A stretch of 64,000 bases of DNA from Candidatus Latescibacterota bacterium (GTDB lineage Bacteria > Latescibacterota > UBA2968 > UBA8231), in NCBI GenBank assembly GCA_965261395.1, contig OZ253462.1, positions 5,600,001-5,664,000 on the forward strand. Direction: 5' to 3'. Position numbers and translations under genes: made by a program. The number at the start of each line of letters is the position of its first letter. The first letter of the stretch is position 1. This document shows positions 16,217 to 26,115 of the stretch, piece by piece. The notes beneath the pieces are model-generated. The model did no database searches and was not told the DNA's origin. It saw nothing but the letters and a program-made list of their open reading frames with translations.

Positions 16217-18733
16217 ATGAAACGCAACCGGAAACTCGTGCTGATCTTGGCACTGATCGCCGCCGCAGTGTACTACCTGCTGCCGAGCGTGGAATTTTAC
16301 AGTATGACGAACGACGGGCGAGAAGCCTTGGGGCTGAAGGCCCCCGAACAGCTCGCCGATCTGAAAAAGCGCTCGCTCAACTTGGGGCTGGACTTGCAGG
16401 GCGGCATCCACCTCGTCCTAGAGGTCAAGACTGAGGGGATGGAGCAGCAGGAAGCCCAAGATGCGGTCGCTCAGGCGCAGGAAGTCATCCGCAACCGAGT
16501 CGATCAGTTCGGGGTAGCCGAACCGACCATCCAGCGCCAGGGCGATAACCGCATCATTATAGAGTTGCCCGGCGTCCAGGACGTGCAGCGTGCCAAGGAT
16601 CTAGTGGGCCAGACCGCACTCCTCGAATTCCAGCTCCTCGAGCCCTCTGAGGATCGCACTCGCCTGATCCAGCGCATCGACCAAGTGCTGGCCCCGGAAG
16701 AAGAAGAGGAAGAAGAAGACCTCCTCCTTTCCTCCACACCGGAAAGCGCCCCCCTCTCCTCCATGCTCAACCTCGCCGGCGAAGACCTCACAGTCTCGGG
16801 CCGCGACTTGCAGCGCGTCAAGAACTTGCTCAACACCCCAGAGGCCCAAGAGCTCATTCCCGCAGACGTGGAATTTATCTTTTCGAGCAAGCCTGCCGGG
16901 GCCGAAGGCAATGAGTTCTACTTCCTCTACTTGGTGGGCAAGAAGCCGGAGATGACCGGGCACATGATTCAGGACGCCTTTGTCTCCATCGGCCAAGTCG
17001 TCGAGTACATGGGCCAGCCCATCGTCAATTTCTCGACCACCGACGAAGGAGTGCGGCTCTTCAGCCGCATCACCGGCTCGCACATCGGCGAGCGCATGGC
17101 CATCGTCCTCGACGAATCAGTGTACTCGGCCCCAGTCATCCAGAGCAAAATCAGCGAGGGTCGAGGCATCATCACCGGCAGCGGCACCCAAGAAGAGGCC
17201 AAAGACCTCGCCATCGTCCTGCGGGCCGGCGCGCTACCGGCCGAGGTCGAAATCATCGAAGACCGCACGGTCGGCCCCTCGCTTGGACGCGACTCGATCG
17301 AGCAAGGCAAGACCGCAGCCATCTACAGCATGGTGCTGATAGCGATCTTCATGATCCTCTACTACCGTGCGACCGGGCTGATAGCCGACTTCGCCCTCCT
17401 GCTCAACATGCTCTTTATCATGGCGGTCCTAGCCGGTTTTCACGCCACCCTGACCTTGCCCGGCATCGCCGGCATCATCCTGACCATCGGCATGGCCGTC
17501 GATGCCAATGTGCTGATCTTCGAGCGCATCCGCGAAGAATTGCGCTCGGGCAAGACCATCCGCGCGGCCATAGATTCCGGCTATGGCCACGCGCTCTCGG
17601 CCATTATCGACGCCAACGTAACCACGTTCCTAGTCGGCATCGTGCTTTATCAGTTCGGCACCGGGCCGGTCCGCGGCTTTGCCTTGACCCTGTGCATCGG
17701 CATTATCTTCAGCCTCTTTACGGCCTTCTTTGTGACCCGCACAATTTTTGATTTGATTACCCGGAAATCGGAGCAATCGACCCTAAGCATCGGGCCAGTT
17801 GCCCTCTTCACCAACCTGAACATCCGCTTCCTCTCGTTGCGCAACATTGGCTTCGGTGCCTCGGCGGCCGTGCTGCTCATCGGCGTGGTCTCCATTTTGG
17901 GCATCAATGGCATCCGGCCAGGCATTGACTTCGCCGGCGGTACCTTGCTGGAGTTGCACTTCGAGCCAGCCGTACAAGTCGAGGATATTCGCGGCCAGCT
18001 CGACCGCGTTCCCGTAGGCGATGCCGAGATTGACCTGAGCAAGAGCGAGATCAAGCAGTTCGGGTCGGAAAACGACATCCTCATCCGCGTCACTGAGAGC
18101 GGGGAAGGCACCGAGGTGGCCGATGGCATTATGGAGGTGCTCGAGTCCGGATTTGCCGCCAGTATCGCGGAGATGGAGTGGATTCGACGCCAAGAAAAGG
18201 TCGGCCCCAAAATCGGCAGCGAACTGAGTAGCGCGGCCGTGCGCGCCGTGTTGGTGGCACTGGCGCTGATTATGCTCTACATGGCTTGGCGCTTCCACCG
18301 CTTCCTCTACGGAATCGCCGCGGTCGTCGCGCTCTTCCACGACGTGCTCATCACCCTCGGGCTGCTCTCGCTCTTTGACATTGAGATTACCCTCGCGGTG
18401 GTCGCCGCCCTGCTGGCCATTGTCGGCTACTCGCTCAACGACACGATCGTGGTCTTCGACCGCATCCGCGAAAACCTGCACACCGCCCGCCGACAGGGCT
18501 TTGACGGCACGGTCAATCAGAGTATCAACGAGTGTCTGAGCCGCACGCTGATCACCTCGGCGACGACCCTCTTGGCAGTGCTGGTGCTGATGATTTTTGG
18601 CGGTGAGGTCAACCGCGACTTCACCATCACCTTGATGATCGGCGTCGTGGTCGGTACCTATTCGTCTATATTCGTCGCCAGCCCGGTGCTCTACCTAGGC
18701 CAACAGCGGGCCGCCGCAAAAGGGGGCGATTAA
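16217..18733 (+). CDS. secDF: Fused protein translocase subunit SecDF
   Basis: LGLDLQGG, VGPSLG, LTLPGIAG, AVDANVLIFERIREE, GIDFAGG, GYSLNDTIVVFDRIRE. Confidence 0.96.
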   Translation: MKRNRKLVLILALIAAAVYYLLPSVEFYSMTNDGREALGLKAPEQLADLKKRSLNLGLDLQGGIHLVLEVKTEGMEQQEAQDAVAQAQEVIRNRVDQFGVAEPTIQRQGDNRIIIELPGVQDVQRAKDLVGQTALLEFQLLEPSEDRTRLIQRIDQVLAPEEEEEEEDLLLSSTPESAPLSSMLNLAGEDLTVSGRDLQRVKNLLNTPEAQELIPADVEFIFSSKPAGAEGNEFYFLYLVGKKPEMTGHMIQDAFVSIGQVVEYMGQPIVNFSTTDEGVRLFSRITGSHIGERMAIVLDESVYSAPVIQSKISEGRGIITGSGTQEEAKDLAIVLRAGALPAEVEIIEDRTVGPSLGRDSIEQGKTAAIYSMVLIAIFMILYYRATGLIADFALLLNMLFIMAVLAGFHATLTLPGIAGIILTIGMAVDANVLIFERIREELRSGKTIRAAIDSGYGHALSAIIDANVTTFLVGIVLYQFGTGPVRGFALTLCIGIIFSLFTAFFVTRTIFDLITRKSEQSTLSIGPVALFTNLNIRFLSLRNIGFGASAAVLLIGVVSILGINGIRPGIDFAGGTLLELHFEPAVQVEDIRGQLDRVPVGDAEIDLSKSEIKQFGSENDILIRVTESGEGTEVADGIMEVLESGFAASIAEMEWIRRQEKVGPKIGSELSSAAVRAVLVALALIMLYMAWRFHRFLYGIAAVVALFHDVLITLGLLSLFDIEITLAVVAALLAIVGYSLNDTIVVFDRIRENLHTARRQGFDGTVNQSINECLSRTLITSATTLLAVLVLMIFGGEVNRDFTITLMIGVVVGTYSSIFVASPVLYLGQQRAAAKGGD

Positions 18734-18767
18734 AGCCAACCGCTTGCGGGCGGGATCGCCTCTCGCC

Positions 18768-19979
18768 ATGAAAACGATAGTAGTAGCTGCCTTTGTCCTG
18801 CTCTTGATCTACTACGGGCCGCCGCAAGATCGCCCCAGCCCCTTTGACGCCGCGTGGATGCTGGGCGCTCTGGCCCTCTTGGCCGCAGCTGGAGGCCAAC
18901 TGGCGCAGGCGGTTCGCCTACCGGCGCTGGTGGGGTGGATCGGAGCCGGGATGTTGCTGGGCACCGGCGGCTTACAACTCGTCGATATAGACGCGTTCTC
19001 CTTGCACCAAATGCTCTTTCTCACAGCGGGCCTCGGGGTCGGATTCCAAGTGGGGCTGCACGCAGTATGGCCAGCGCACGCTTGGCGCACGCTTGGGTTG
19101 GTGGCAGTGGTGACCGCGCTGGCCTTTGCCGCTGTGACGACGATCACCACCTTGCTTGGTCTGCCTTTGGAGCAAGCCGTGCTCCTCGGCGCGTTAGCTA
19201 GCTTGTGGGGACCTTTCACTGGCGTGCCGGAATTTGGACGGCGCGGCGCGCTGGTGCTGGCCGTGTTGGGGTCGGGCTGTGCCCTCGTGGCGTTGGGGGG
19301 CGCACTGATCTGGCTAGAGATCGGGGCCGAGGGATGGGCTGGACGCGTCGTCCTCTCGCTTGTGGCCGGCGGAGGGCTGGGGCTGGGGCTGCGCTTTTTA
19401 GGTCGGTTCGCCACCCCGAGTGCGACTATAGTCTCCGGCCTAGTAGGAGCTTTTTTCTTAGCGGCTCTCGTGCTGGAAGCCCTCGGGCTGATGGCTCTCC
19501 CCTGCGGGCTGATGGCGGGATTGGTGCAAAACAAGCCGCAAAGCCGCCGCGTGCGGTTGCTGCTGCACCGGGGCGCGCCGGTCGCTTTCATGCTCTTTTT
19601 CGCACTCGTGGGGACCGCGCTCGACCTCGGCGCGCTGTGGCCTCCCGCAGCCGGACTGTACGAGGCCGCACTCGTGCTAGTGGCCGTACCGTTGCTTTTG
19701 CGGGGGTTGGCCCCCATGGCGTACTACCCGCTGCCCGGTTCCCATCCAGGGCGGCGCATTGGCTGGCGACTCTTGCCGCGCGGTGCGTTGCTGTTCGAGT
19801 TGTTCTGCGGCCCGCACGGGCTGGCTCCTTACGTAGAGGCTGGCGGTCTGTTGGCGCAGGCCGTGCTCTTGGACATTTTCGTTTCGACCCTGCTCTTCTC
19901 CTCCTTATCATCGCTCGTAGATGCGAGCCTTTTCGCGGCGGAAAAGGCTCGCTCCTCAGAAGACAGCGCAACGGCCTAA
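18768..19979 (+). CDS. Polytopic membrane protein, cation:proton antiporter-like (divergent)
   Basis: About 12 hydrophobic segments; LPALVGWIGAGMLLG and MLFFALVG..LD resemble CPA2/Kef motifs. Confidence 0.55.
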   Translation: MKTIVVAAFVLLLIYYGPPQDRPSPFDAAWMLGALALLAAAGGQLAQAVRLPALVGWIGAGMLLGTGGLQLVDIDAFSLHQMLFLTAGLGVGFQVGLHAVWPAHAWRTLGLVAVVTALAFAAVTTITTLLGLPLEQAVLLGALASLWGPFTGVPEFGRRGALVLAVLGSGCALVALGGALIWLEIGAEGWAGRVVLSLVAGGGLGLGLRFLGRFATPSATIVSGLVGAFFLAALVLEALGLMALPCGLMAGLVQNKPQSRRVRLLLHRGAPVAFMLFFALVGTALDLGALWPPAAGLYEAALVLVAVPLLLRGLAPMAYYPLPGSHPGRRIGWRLLPRGALLFELFCGPHGLAPYVEAGGLLAQAVLLDIFVSTLLFSSLSSLVDASLFAAEKARSSEDSATA

Positions 19980-20043
19980 GTGCGCCGCTGCTCGTTTGTG
20001 TCCAACTAGGCTGATTTGTATCTTTAACGGTCTAACATTTTGT

Positions 20044-20736
20044 ATGGACCACATTCGCGACAACTGGGAATTGCTGCGCGGCCGCATCGAGCGGGCATCC
20101 GCGCGTAGCGGGCGCACAGCGCACGCGATTGAGGTCGTTGCCGTCAGCAAAACGCGCAGCGCACGCGAGATCGAGGCCGCTTACGCCTGCGGCTTGCGCC
20201 TCGTGGGCGAAAACCGCATCCAAGAAGCAGCGGCCAAGCATCCGCAGGTCGCCGCGCCGCTTGCCTGGCACTTTGTCGGCCAGTTGCAGACGAATAAAGC
20301 CGGGCGGGCCGTCGAGCTTTTCGACCTCGTGCAGTCGGTCGATTCCGCGCGGCTAGCAAAGGCACTCAGCCGCCGAGCTGGACAGGCAGGTCGAACCATC
20401 GAGGTGCTCTTGCAGGTAAACACGGCCGGCAGCCTGAGCCAAGCCGGAGTGGTGCCCGACCAACTCGTTGATCTAGTCGCAGCCCTCGCACCGCTGCCGC
20501 ACTTGCGGATCCGCGGCCTGATGACCATTGCCGCTCACAGCGAGGACGAAGCCACAGTCCGAGGCTGCTTTCGGACTTTGCGCCAGCTCGGCGAAAAAGT
20601 CGCCGAGTGCGAATTTGCGGGTGTATCCATGGACTACCTGTCCATGGGCATGAGCGGCGACTTTGAACTCGCCATAGCCGAAGGGGCCAATCTGCTGCGC
20701 CTCGGCACGGCGATCTTCGGCCCACGGCCGACCTGA
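20044..20736 (+). CDS. yggS: YggS family PLP homeostasis protein
   Basis: VAVSKT, GENRIQEA, WHFVGQLQTNKA, LSMGMSGDFELAIAEGA, RLGTAIFG. Confidence 0.95.
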   Translation: MDHIRDNWELLRGRIERASARSGRTAHAIEVVAVSKTRSAREIEAAYACGLRLVGENRIQEAAAKHPQVAAPLAWHFVGQLQTNKAGRAVELFDLVQSVDSARLAKALSRRAGQAGRTIEVLLQVNTAGSLSQAGVVPDQLVDLVAALAPLPHLRIRGLMTIAAHSEDEATVRGCFRTLRQLGEKVAECEFAGVSMDYLSMGMSGDFELAIAEGANLLRLGTAIFGPRPT

Positions 20737-20752
20737 TTTACAGGAGATACTC

Positions 20753-21046
20753 GTGTTCGATTTCGGCGGTTTTTTTACAGACGTCAAGGGCCTCCTCATC
20801 ACCCTCATCGAGATCTACAGCTATGTGGTCCTCATCCGGGTGCTGCTCTCGTGGTTCAACCCCAACCCCGACAACCCACTCGTCCAATTCCTGCGCGGCG
20901 TCACCGATCCGGCCCTCGATACAGTGCGCTCCTTCTTGCCGAGGTTTTTTTGGTCAACCGGAATAGACTTTACGCCGATAGTCCTGTTTTTCCTACTCAA
21001 GCTCGTCGTCATCTTTCTCCACCGTATCTTTCCCGCAGCCGGATGA
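20753..21046 (+). CDS. yggT: YggT family membrane protein
   Basis: RVLLSWFNPNPDNPLVQFLRGVTDP...GIDFTPI. Confidence 0.9.
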   Translation: MFDFGGFFTDVKGLLITLIEIYSYVVLIRVLLSWFNPNPDNPLVQFLRGVTDPALDTVRSFLPRFFWSTGIDFTPIVLFFLLKLVVIFLHRIFPAAG

Positions 21047-24000
21047 GCATGGCACCCCAAACCCCTTTTGCCCCGGTCCCGTCCCAAGTGGACTTTCCCG
21101 CTCAGGAGCGCGATATCCTCGAGTTCTGGCGCGCCGGCGACCTGTATCGCAAATCCGTCGATGCCCGTCCCGTCGAGCAGCCCTTTCGGTTCTACGACGG
21201 ACCGCCCTTTGCGACTGGACTACCCCACTACGGACACCTGCTGGCGTCCATCACTAAGGACGTGGTGCCTCGCTACTGGACGATGCGCGGCTACCGGGTC
21301 GAGCGCCGCTGGGGCTGGGACTGCCACGGCCTGCCTGTCGAGAACGAAGCTGAACAGCAGCTCGGACTCGGGTCGCGGCGCGACATTCTCGCATACGGCG
21401 TGTCCCAGTTCAACGAGGCTTGCCGAGATTTGGTGCTGCGCTACACGGCCGAGTGGCAAAGGCTGATTGAGCGACTAGGGCGCTGGGTTGACTGGGACAA
21501 CCAGTACCGGACGATGGACCCCGATTTCATGGAGTCCGTGTGGTGGGTGTTCAAGTCGCTATGGGACCAGGGCCTTGTCTATGAGGGCTACAAGTCCCTC
21601 GCCTACTGTCCCCGCTGCGCGACACCGCTGTCGAACTTCGAGGTCAATCAGGGCTACCAGGACACTCAGGACCCGTCGATCACAGTGCGCTTCCGCGTCG
21701 CTGGCGAGCAGCGCCTGTCCCTACTCGCTTGGACGACGACCCCGTGGACGTTGCCCTCCAACATGGGCTTGGCCGTCGGCCGCGACATCGACTACGTGCG
21801 AGTCACCACCCGCGACGGAGAGCAGTTAATCCTCGCCGCTTCCCTCGTCGAAGGCCTCTTCCGCCGGCACGACAGCGAAGTCGTAGAGGTAACGCCGATC
21901 GCCGTCGAAGACCTCGTCGGGCTGCGCTACGAGCCTCTGTTCGACTACTTCGCCGACCGCGCCGAGGAGGGCGCTTTCCGCGTCGTGACGGCCGACTTCG
22001 TATCCACCGACGACGGCACTGGCATCGTCCACATTGCCCCAGGATTCGGCGAGGACGATTACCAACTCGGCCTAGCCGAGGGCTTGCCCGTGGTCTGCCC
22101 CATCGACGCCGACTGCTGCTTCACCGACGAGATCCTGGACTTTGCGGGCACTTTCGTGAAGGACACCGATACGCCCCTCATCCGCCGCTTGCGCTCCTCG
22201 GGTCAGCTATTCTCCGAAAGCTCCATTGAGCACTCGTACCCATTCTGCTGGCGCTGTGACTCACCCCTCATCTACCGCACGATCTCCACTTGGTTCGTAA
22301 AAATCGAAGGCGAGGTGAAGGAAAAGATGCTCGCCGCCAATCAGCAGATCTGGTGGATTCCTGAACACATCCGCAATGGCCGCTTCGGCAAGGGCGTTGA
22401 GTCGGCACCGGACTGGGCCGTAAGCCGCAACCGCTACTGGGGAACGCCGCTGCCGATCTGGCGCAACGAGGAAACGGGCGAAGCCATGTGCGTCGGCAGC
22501 CGCCAGGAGCTGTGCGAACTCACCGGACGCGACGTCGATGACCTGCACAAGCACTTCATCGACGATCTCGAGATCCCGGCACCGTCCGGGAACGGCTCGC
22601 TGCGGCGCGTGCCCGAGGTACTCGACTGCTGGTTCGAGTCTGGGTCCATGCCGTACGCGCAAAGCCACTACCCCTTTGGCCGACGCGAGGACTTCGAAGC
22701 CTCTTTCCCCGCCGACTTCATCTCCGAGAACCTCGATCAGACTCGCGGGTGGTTCTACACCCTGACGATCCTAGCTGCGGCGCTGTTCGACAAGCCGGCT
22801 TTCCACAACTGCATCGTCGGCGGCATGCTGCTAGCCGCCGACGGACGCAAGCTGAGCAAGCGCTTGAAGAACTATCCCGATCCGGCTGAGATGCTCGAGA
22901 CCTACGGCGCCGACGCCTTGCGCCTCTATCTGCTCAACTCGCCGGCCATGAAGGCCGAGGAGATGCGCCTTACCGAAGAGGGCATCAAGCAGAGCCTGCG
23001 CGATGTCATCATCCCCTTGTGGAATGCCTATAGCTTCTTTGTCACTTACGCGGCTATTGACGGTTGGACGCCAGACGAGAGCCGTGCGCAGACGCTCGAC
23101 CACCGCCTCGACCGCTGGATTCTTTCGGAGTTGCAGACCCTGCTCCGCGATCTCAACGCCGAAATGGAAGCCTACCGGCTCTATCGCACGGTGCCGGCGA
23201 TGGTGGCCTTTACCGAGAAGCTGACCAACTGGTACATCCGCCGCAGCCGCCGCCGCTTCTGGAAGTCCGAAGACGACCAAGACAAGGCGGCGGCGTACGA
23301 CACCCTCTATCGGGTGCTGGTGACCTTCATCAAGGCCCTCGCGCCGGTCTTGCCCTTTATCACCGAGACTATCTACCAGAACTTGGTGCGCCGCGTGGAT
23401 GCCGAGGCCCCCGAAAGCATCCATCTGTGCGACATGCCGCAGGCCGACGAACACTTGCGCGACGCCGCCTTAGAGCAGCAAATGGAACTGGCGACGCGGG
23501 CCGTAGTCTTGGGCCGCTCGCTGCGCAGCAAGCACGAGCTCAAGGTGCGCCAGCCGCTGCGGCACCTATGGCTTTTGCCCCCCAACGGACACAGCCATCA
23601 CGGGCTGGAGCAGATGACCGACCTCCTAGCCGACGAGCTCAACGTCAAGGAGATAGTGCTGGTGGAGGACGAGACCGAGTTCAGCGAGGTCTCCTACCGG
23701 CCCGACTTCCGCGCCTTAGGGCCGCGCTTCGGCAAGCGGATGCCAGAAGTCGCCGCCCGCATCCAAGCCCTAACGGCCGAGGAGGTACACCTCCTCGAAA
23801 ATGGCGGCCAGCTCTCCGTGGCCGGCGGCGAAATCGGGTTAGCCGACATCGCCGTGCAGCGCCGGGAGAAAGAGGGCGTGGTGGTAGCCCTCGACAACAA
23901 CCTCGGGGTGGGGCTGGACATCCAGCTCGACGATGAGCTAATCGCCGAGTGCACCGCGCGCGAATTCGTCAACCGCGTGCAGAACATGCGCAAAGATGCC

Positions 24001-24204
24001 GGGCTAGATGTCGCCGACCGCATCTGCGTCTGGATGCGAGGCGACGCCGCTTTGGAGGAAGCGGTTCAGCAGCACAGCTCGTACATCGCCGCCGAAATCT
24101 TAGCGCTGGCCCTCCGCACCGGAGACCTGCCTCAAGAGGCGCTCTTGCAGCAGGAGCGGCAGGTCAACGGTCTCGACGGCACCATTGCTATCGCTAAGGC
24201 CTAG
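21043..24204 (+). CDS. ileS: Isoleucine--tRNA ligase (type 2)
   Basis: YDGPPFATGLPHYGH, GWDCHGLPVE, WTTTPWTLPSN, DWAVSRNRYWGTPLP, DQTRGWFY, KLSKR. Start at ATG 21043 or 21049. Confidence 0.97.
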   Translation: MSMAPQTPFAPVPSQVDFPAQERDILEFWRAGDLYRKSVDARPVEQPFRFYDGPPFATGLPHYGHLLASITKDVVPRYWTMRGYRVERRWGWDCHGLPVENEAEQQLGLGSRRDILAYGVSQFNEACRDLVLRYTAEWQRLIERLGRWVDWDNQYRTMDPDFMESVWWVFKSLWDQGLVYEGYKSLAYCPRCATPLSNFEVNQGYQDTQDPSITVRFRVAGEQRLSLLAWTTTPWTLPSNMGLAVGRDIDYVRVTTRDGEQLILAASLVEGLFRRHDSEVVEVTPIAVEDLVGLRYEPLFDYFADRAEEGAFRVVTADFVSTDDGTGIVHIAPGFGEDDYQLGLAEGLPVVCPIDADCCFTDEILDFAGTFVKDTDTPLIRRLRSSGQLFSESSIEHSYPFCWRCDSPLIYRTISTWFVKIEGEVKEKMLAANQQIWWIPEHIRNGRFGKGVESAPDWAVSRNRYWGTPLPIWRNEETGEAMCVGSRQELCELTGRDVDDLHKHFIDDLEIPAPSGNGSLRRVPEVLDCWFESGSMPYAQSHYPFGRREDFEASFPADFISENLDQTRGWFYTLTILAAALFDKPAFHNCIVGGMLLAADGRKLSKRLKNYPDPAEMLETYGADALRLYLLNSPAMKAEEMRLTEEGIKQSLRDVIIPLWNAYSFFVTYAAIDGWTPDESRAQTLDHRLDRWILSELQTLLRDLNAEMEAYRLYRTVPAMVAFTEKLTNWYIRRSRRRFWKSEDDQDKAAAYDTLYRVLVTFIKALAPVLPFITETIYQNLVRRVDAEAPESIHLCDMPQADEHLRDAALEQQMELATRAVVLGRSLRSKHELKVRQPLRHLWLLPPNGHSHHGLEQMTDLLADELNVKEIVLVEDETEFSEVSYRPDFRALGPRFGKRMPEVAARIQALTAEEVHLLENGGQLSVAGGEIGLADIAVQRREKEGVVVALDNNLGVGLDIQLDDELIAECTAREFVNRVQNMRKDAGLDVADRICVWMRGDAALEEAVQQHSSYIAAEILALALRTGDLPQEALLQQERQVNGLDGTIAIAKA

Positions 24205-24238
24205 TGCAAACGGACGATGCGAAAAGAGGTAAAACAAA

Positions 24239-24643
24239 ATGAACAACAAACCCAATCAGATGGATAAAGAACATCTCGATTTTTTTAAGAAGTTGCTCCT
24301 CGAAAAAATCGCCCAGACTTCGGGCGACGTCGAAGCCATCGAAAACACCTCGCGCAACGACGCCCGGGAAACGGCCTCCGAGGACCGTTCGACCTACTCA
24401 CTACACATGGCCGACCACGGGACCGACGCCATGGAGCGAGAGAAATCCCTGCTCCTCGCCCAGCGCGGTGGCGATTACATCGACTACTTAAACGAGGCCC
24501 TGCAACGCATCGAGGACGGTACCTTTGGGATCTGCCGCACCTGCAAGGGGCCAATCGGCCGCGGCCGCCTAGAGGCCGTGCCCACCGCCACCCAGTGCAT
24601 TAGCTGCAAGTCCAAGCGCGAGGAGGCGTCGGACTTAGAGTGA
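24239..24643 (+). CDS. DksA/TraR C4 zinc-finger protein
   Basis: HMADHGTDAMERE; ALQRIEDGTFGICRTC...RLEAVP.A..CISC. Confidence 0.92.
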   Translation: MNNKPNQMDKEHLDFFKKLLLEKIAQTSGDVEAIENTSRNDARETASEDRSTYSLHMADHGTDAMEREKSLLLAQRGGDYIDYLNEALQRIEDGTFGICRTCKGPIGRGRLEAVPTATQCISCKSKREEASDLE

Positions 24644-25122
24644 GGTTCCTGTGGATCATACCGCTGGCCGTAGTCATCGATCAAGCGAGCAAATTCATCG
24701 TCCGCGGCTCCATGGCGCTGCACCAATCCGAGCCTGTGCTCGGCGACTTTTTCCGCCTGACCTACATCCACAACCCCGGCGCGGCCTTCGGGCTGAACGT
24801 GGGCAGCCCGCTTTTGCACACCGCCTTCTCGATCCTCGCGCTCGGCATCCTCGTGTACCTCTATCGCTCGCTCGCCGCAAACGAGCGGCTCTTGCGCCTA
24901 GCCCTCTGCCTAGTATTAGGCGGTGCTGTGGGCAACATCATCGACCGCCTGTACTTGGGGGAAGTAGTGGATTTTTTCGACTTCGGCCTCGGGGATTTGC
25001 GCTGGCCGATCTTCAACTTTGCCGATTCCTTCGTCACCGTTGGCGTCTTGCTCTTGGCCTTGGGCTACTCGCGCCGCGAAAAAGCCCCGGCTAGCCCCGC
25101 AGAAGAAGCCACCCCAAGCTAA
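24640..25122 (+). CDS. lspA: Signal peptidase II
   Basis: DQASK, NPGAAFG, GGAVGNIIDR, VVDF, FNFADS. Confidence 0.96.
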   Translation: MRFLWIIPLAVVIDQASKFIVRGSMALHQSEPVLGDFFRLTYIHNPGAAFGLNVGSPLLHTAFSILALGILVYLYRSLAANERLLRLALCLVLGGAVGNIIDRLYLGEVVDFFDFGLGDLRWPIFNFADSFVTVGVLLLALGYSRREKAPASPAEEATPS

Positions 25123-25126
25123 CGCC

Positions 25127-26077
25127 ATGCACCTCGTCGTTGACGTCGAGGCTCCCGAGCGGCTCGATCTCTTTCTGCGCCCCCGCTGTCCCGAGCTTTC
25201 TCGGAGCCGCATCCAAACGCTGATCAAGTCCGGGGCGATTCGCGTCAATGGTGCGCAGACGCGCCCGGCGTACTTGGTCCAGCTCGGGGACGAGATCGCC
25301 GTCGAACTGCCCGAGCCCGAGCCGCTAGCCGCTTTCCCCGAATCGCTGCCCCTGTCCATCGCGTACGAAGACGACGACCTGCTAGTTGTGAACAAAGCGG
25401 CTGGCATGACCGTGCATCCGGCTCCGGGCGCGACCGAGGGCACCCTCGTCAACGCGCTGTTGCACCACTGTCGCGATCTGTCGGGCATCAACGGCACCCT
25501 CCGGCCAGGGATCGTCCACCGGCTCGATAAGGAGACGAGCGGTTTGCTCGTGGTGGCCAAGCGCGATACAGCCCACCGGGCGTTGGCCGCAAGGCTCCAA
25601 GCTCACCAAGTCGAACGCCACTACCTAGCCTTAGTATGGGGCGTCTTGCGCGAGGAAAGCGGCCGGATCGAGGCCCCGATTGGGCGCCATCCCAAGAATC
25701 GCAAAAAGATGGCCGTAGTCGAGGATGGGCGGGATGCGGCAACCAATTTCAGCGTCATCGAGCGCTGTCCCTTTACGACCTGGGTCGAGTGCCAGCTAGA
25801 GACGGGACGGACGCATCAGATTCGCGTGCATCTGGCCCACATCGGCCATCCCGTCTTCGGCGATCCAGTGTACGGCGGCCGCGACCAAGCCAGAGGGATC
25901 CGCCCCGAGTACCGGCGTCAAGCCAACTGGATGCTGAGTTTGATCAAACGCCAAGCCCTGCATGCAAAAAAACTGTGCTTCGCGCATCCGACTACCGGAG
26001 AAATGATGGAGTTTACCGCGCCACTGCCAGAGGATTTGCGAGCCGTATTAGAGGCGGCGCGGATGAAGAGCGGATAG
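25127..26077 (+). CDS. rluD: RluA/RluD pseudouridine synthase
   Basis: S4 domain, VVNKAAGMTVHP, GIVHRLDKETSG, LETGRTHQIRVH, GDPVYG. Confidence 0.92.
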   Translation: MHLVVDVEAPERLDLFLRPRCPELSRSRIQTLIKSGAIRVNGAQTRPAYLVQLGDEIAVELPEPEPLAAFPESLPLSIAYEDDDLLVVNKAAGMTVHPAPGATEGTLVNALLHHCRDLSGINGTLRPGIVHRLDKETSGLLVVAKRDTAHRALAARLQAHQVERHYLALVWGVLREESGRIEAPIGRHPKNRKKMAVVEDGRDAATNFSVIERCPFTTWVECQLETGRTHQIRVHLAHIGHPVFGDPVYGGRDQARGIRPEYRRQANWMLSLIKRQALHAKKLCFAHPTTGEMMEFTAPLPEDLRAVLEAARMKSG

Positions 26078-26115
26078 TGCGCGACGCGATCGATAAACAA
26101 AGAGGAGGACTGCCT

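Noticed and set aside
21043-24204. Type 2 IleRS as an acquired mupirocin-resistance gene
   Set aside because: It sits in the usual ileS-dksA-lspA-rluD context with host-like composition, so it appears to be the housekeeping copy.
25636-26115. 160-aa N-terminal extension of the PhyH-HEAT ORF
   Set aside because: It overlaps rluD in another frame, and a strong RBS supports GTG 26116. The same reasoning trims the track ORFs for ileS, the NodT-family gene, DUF4159, maf, priA, porV and rpmB.
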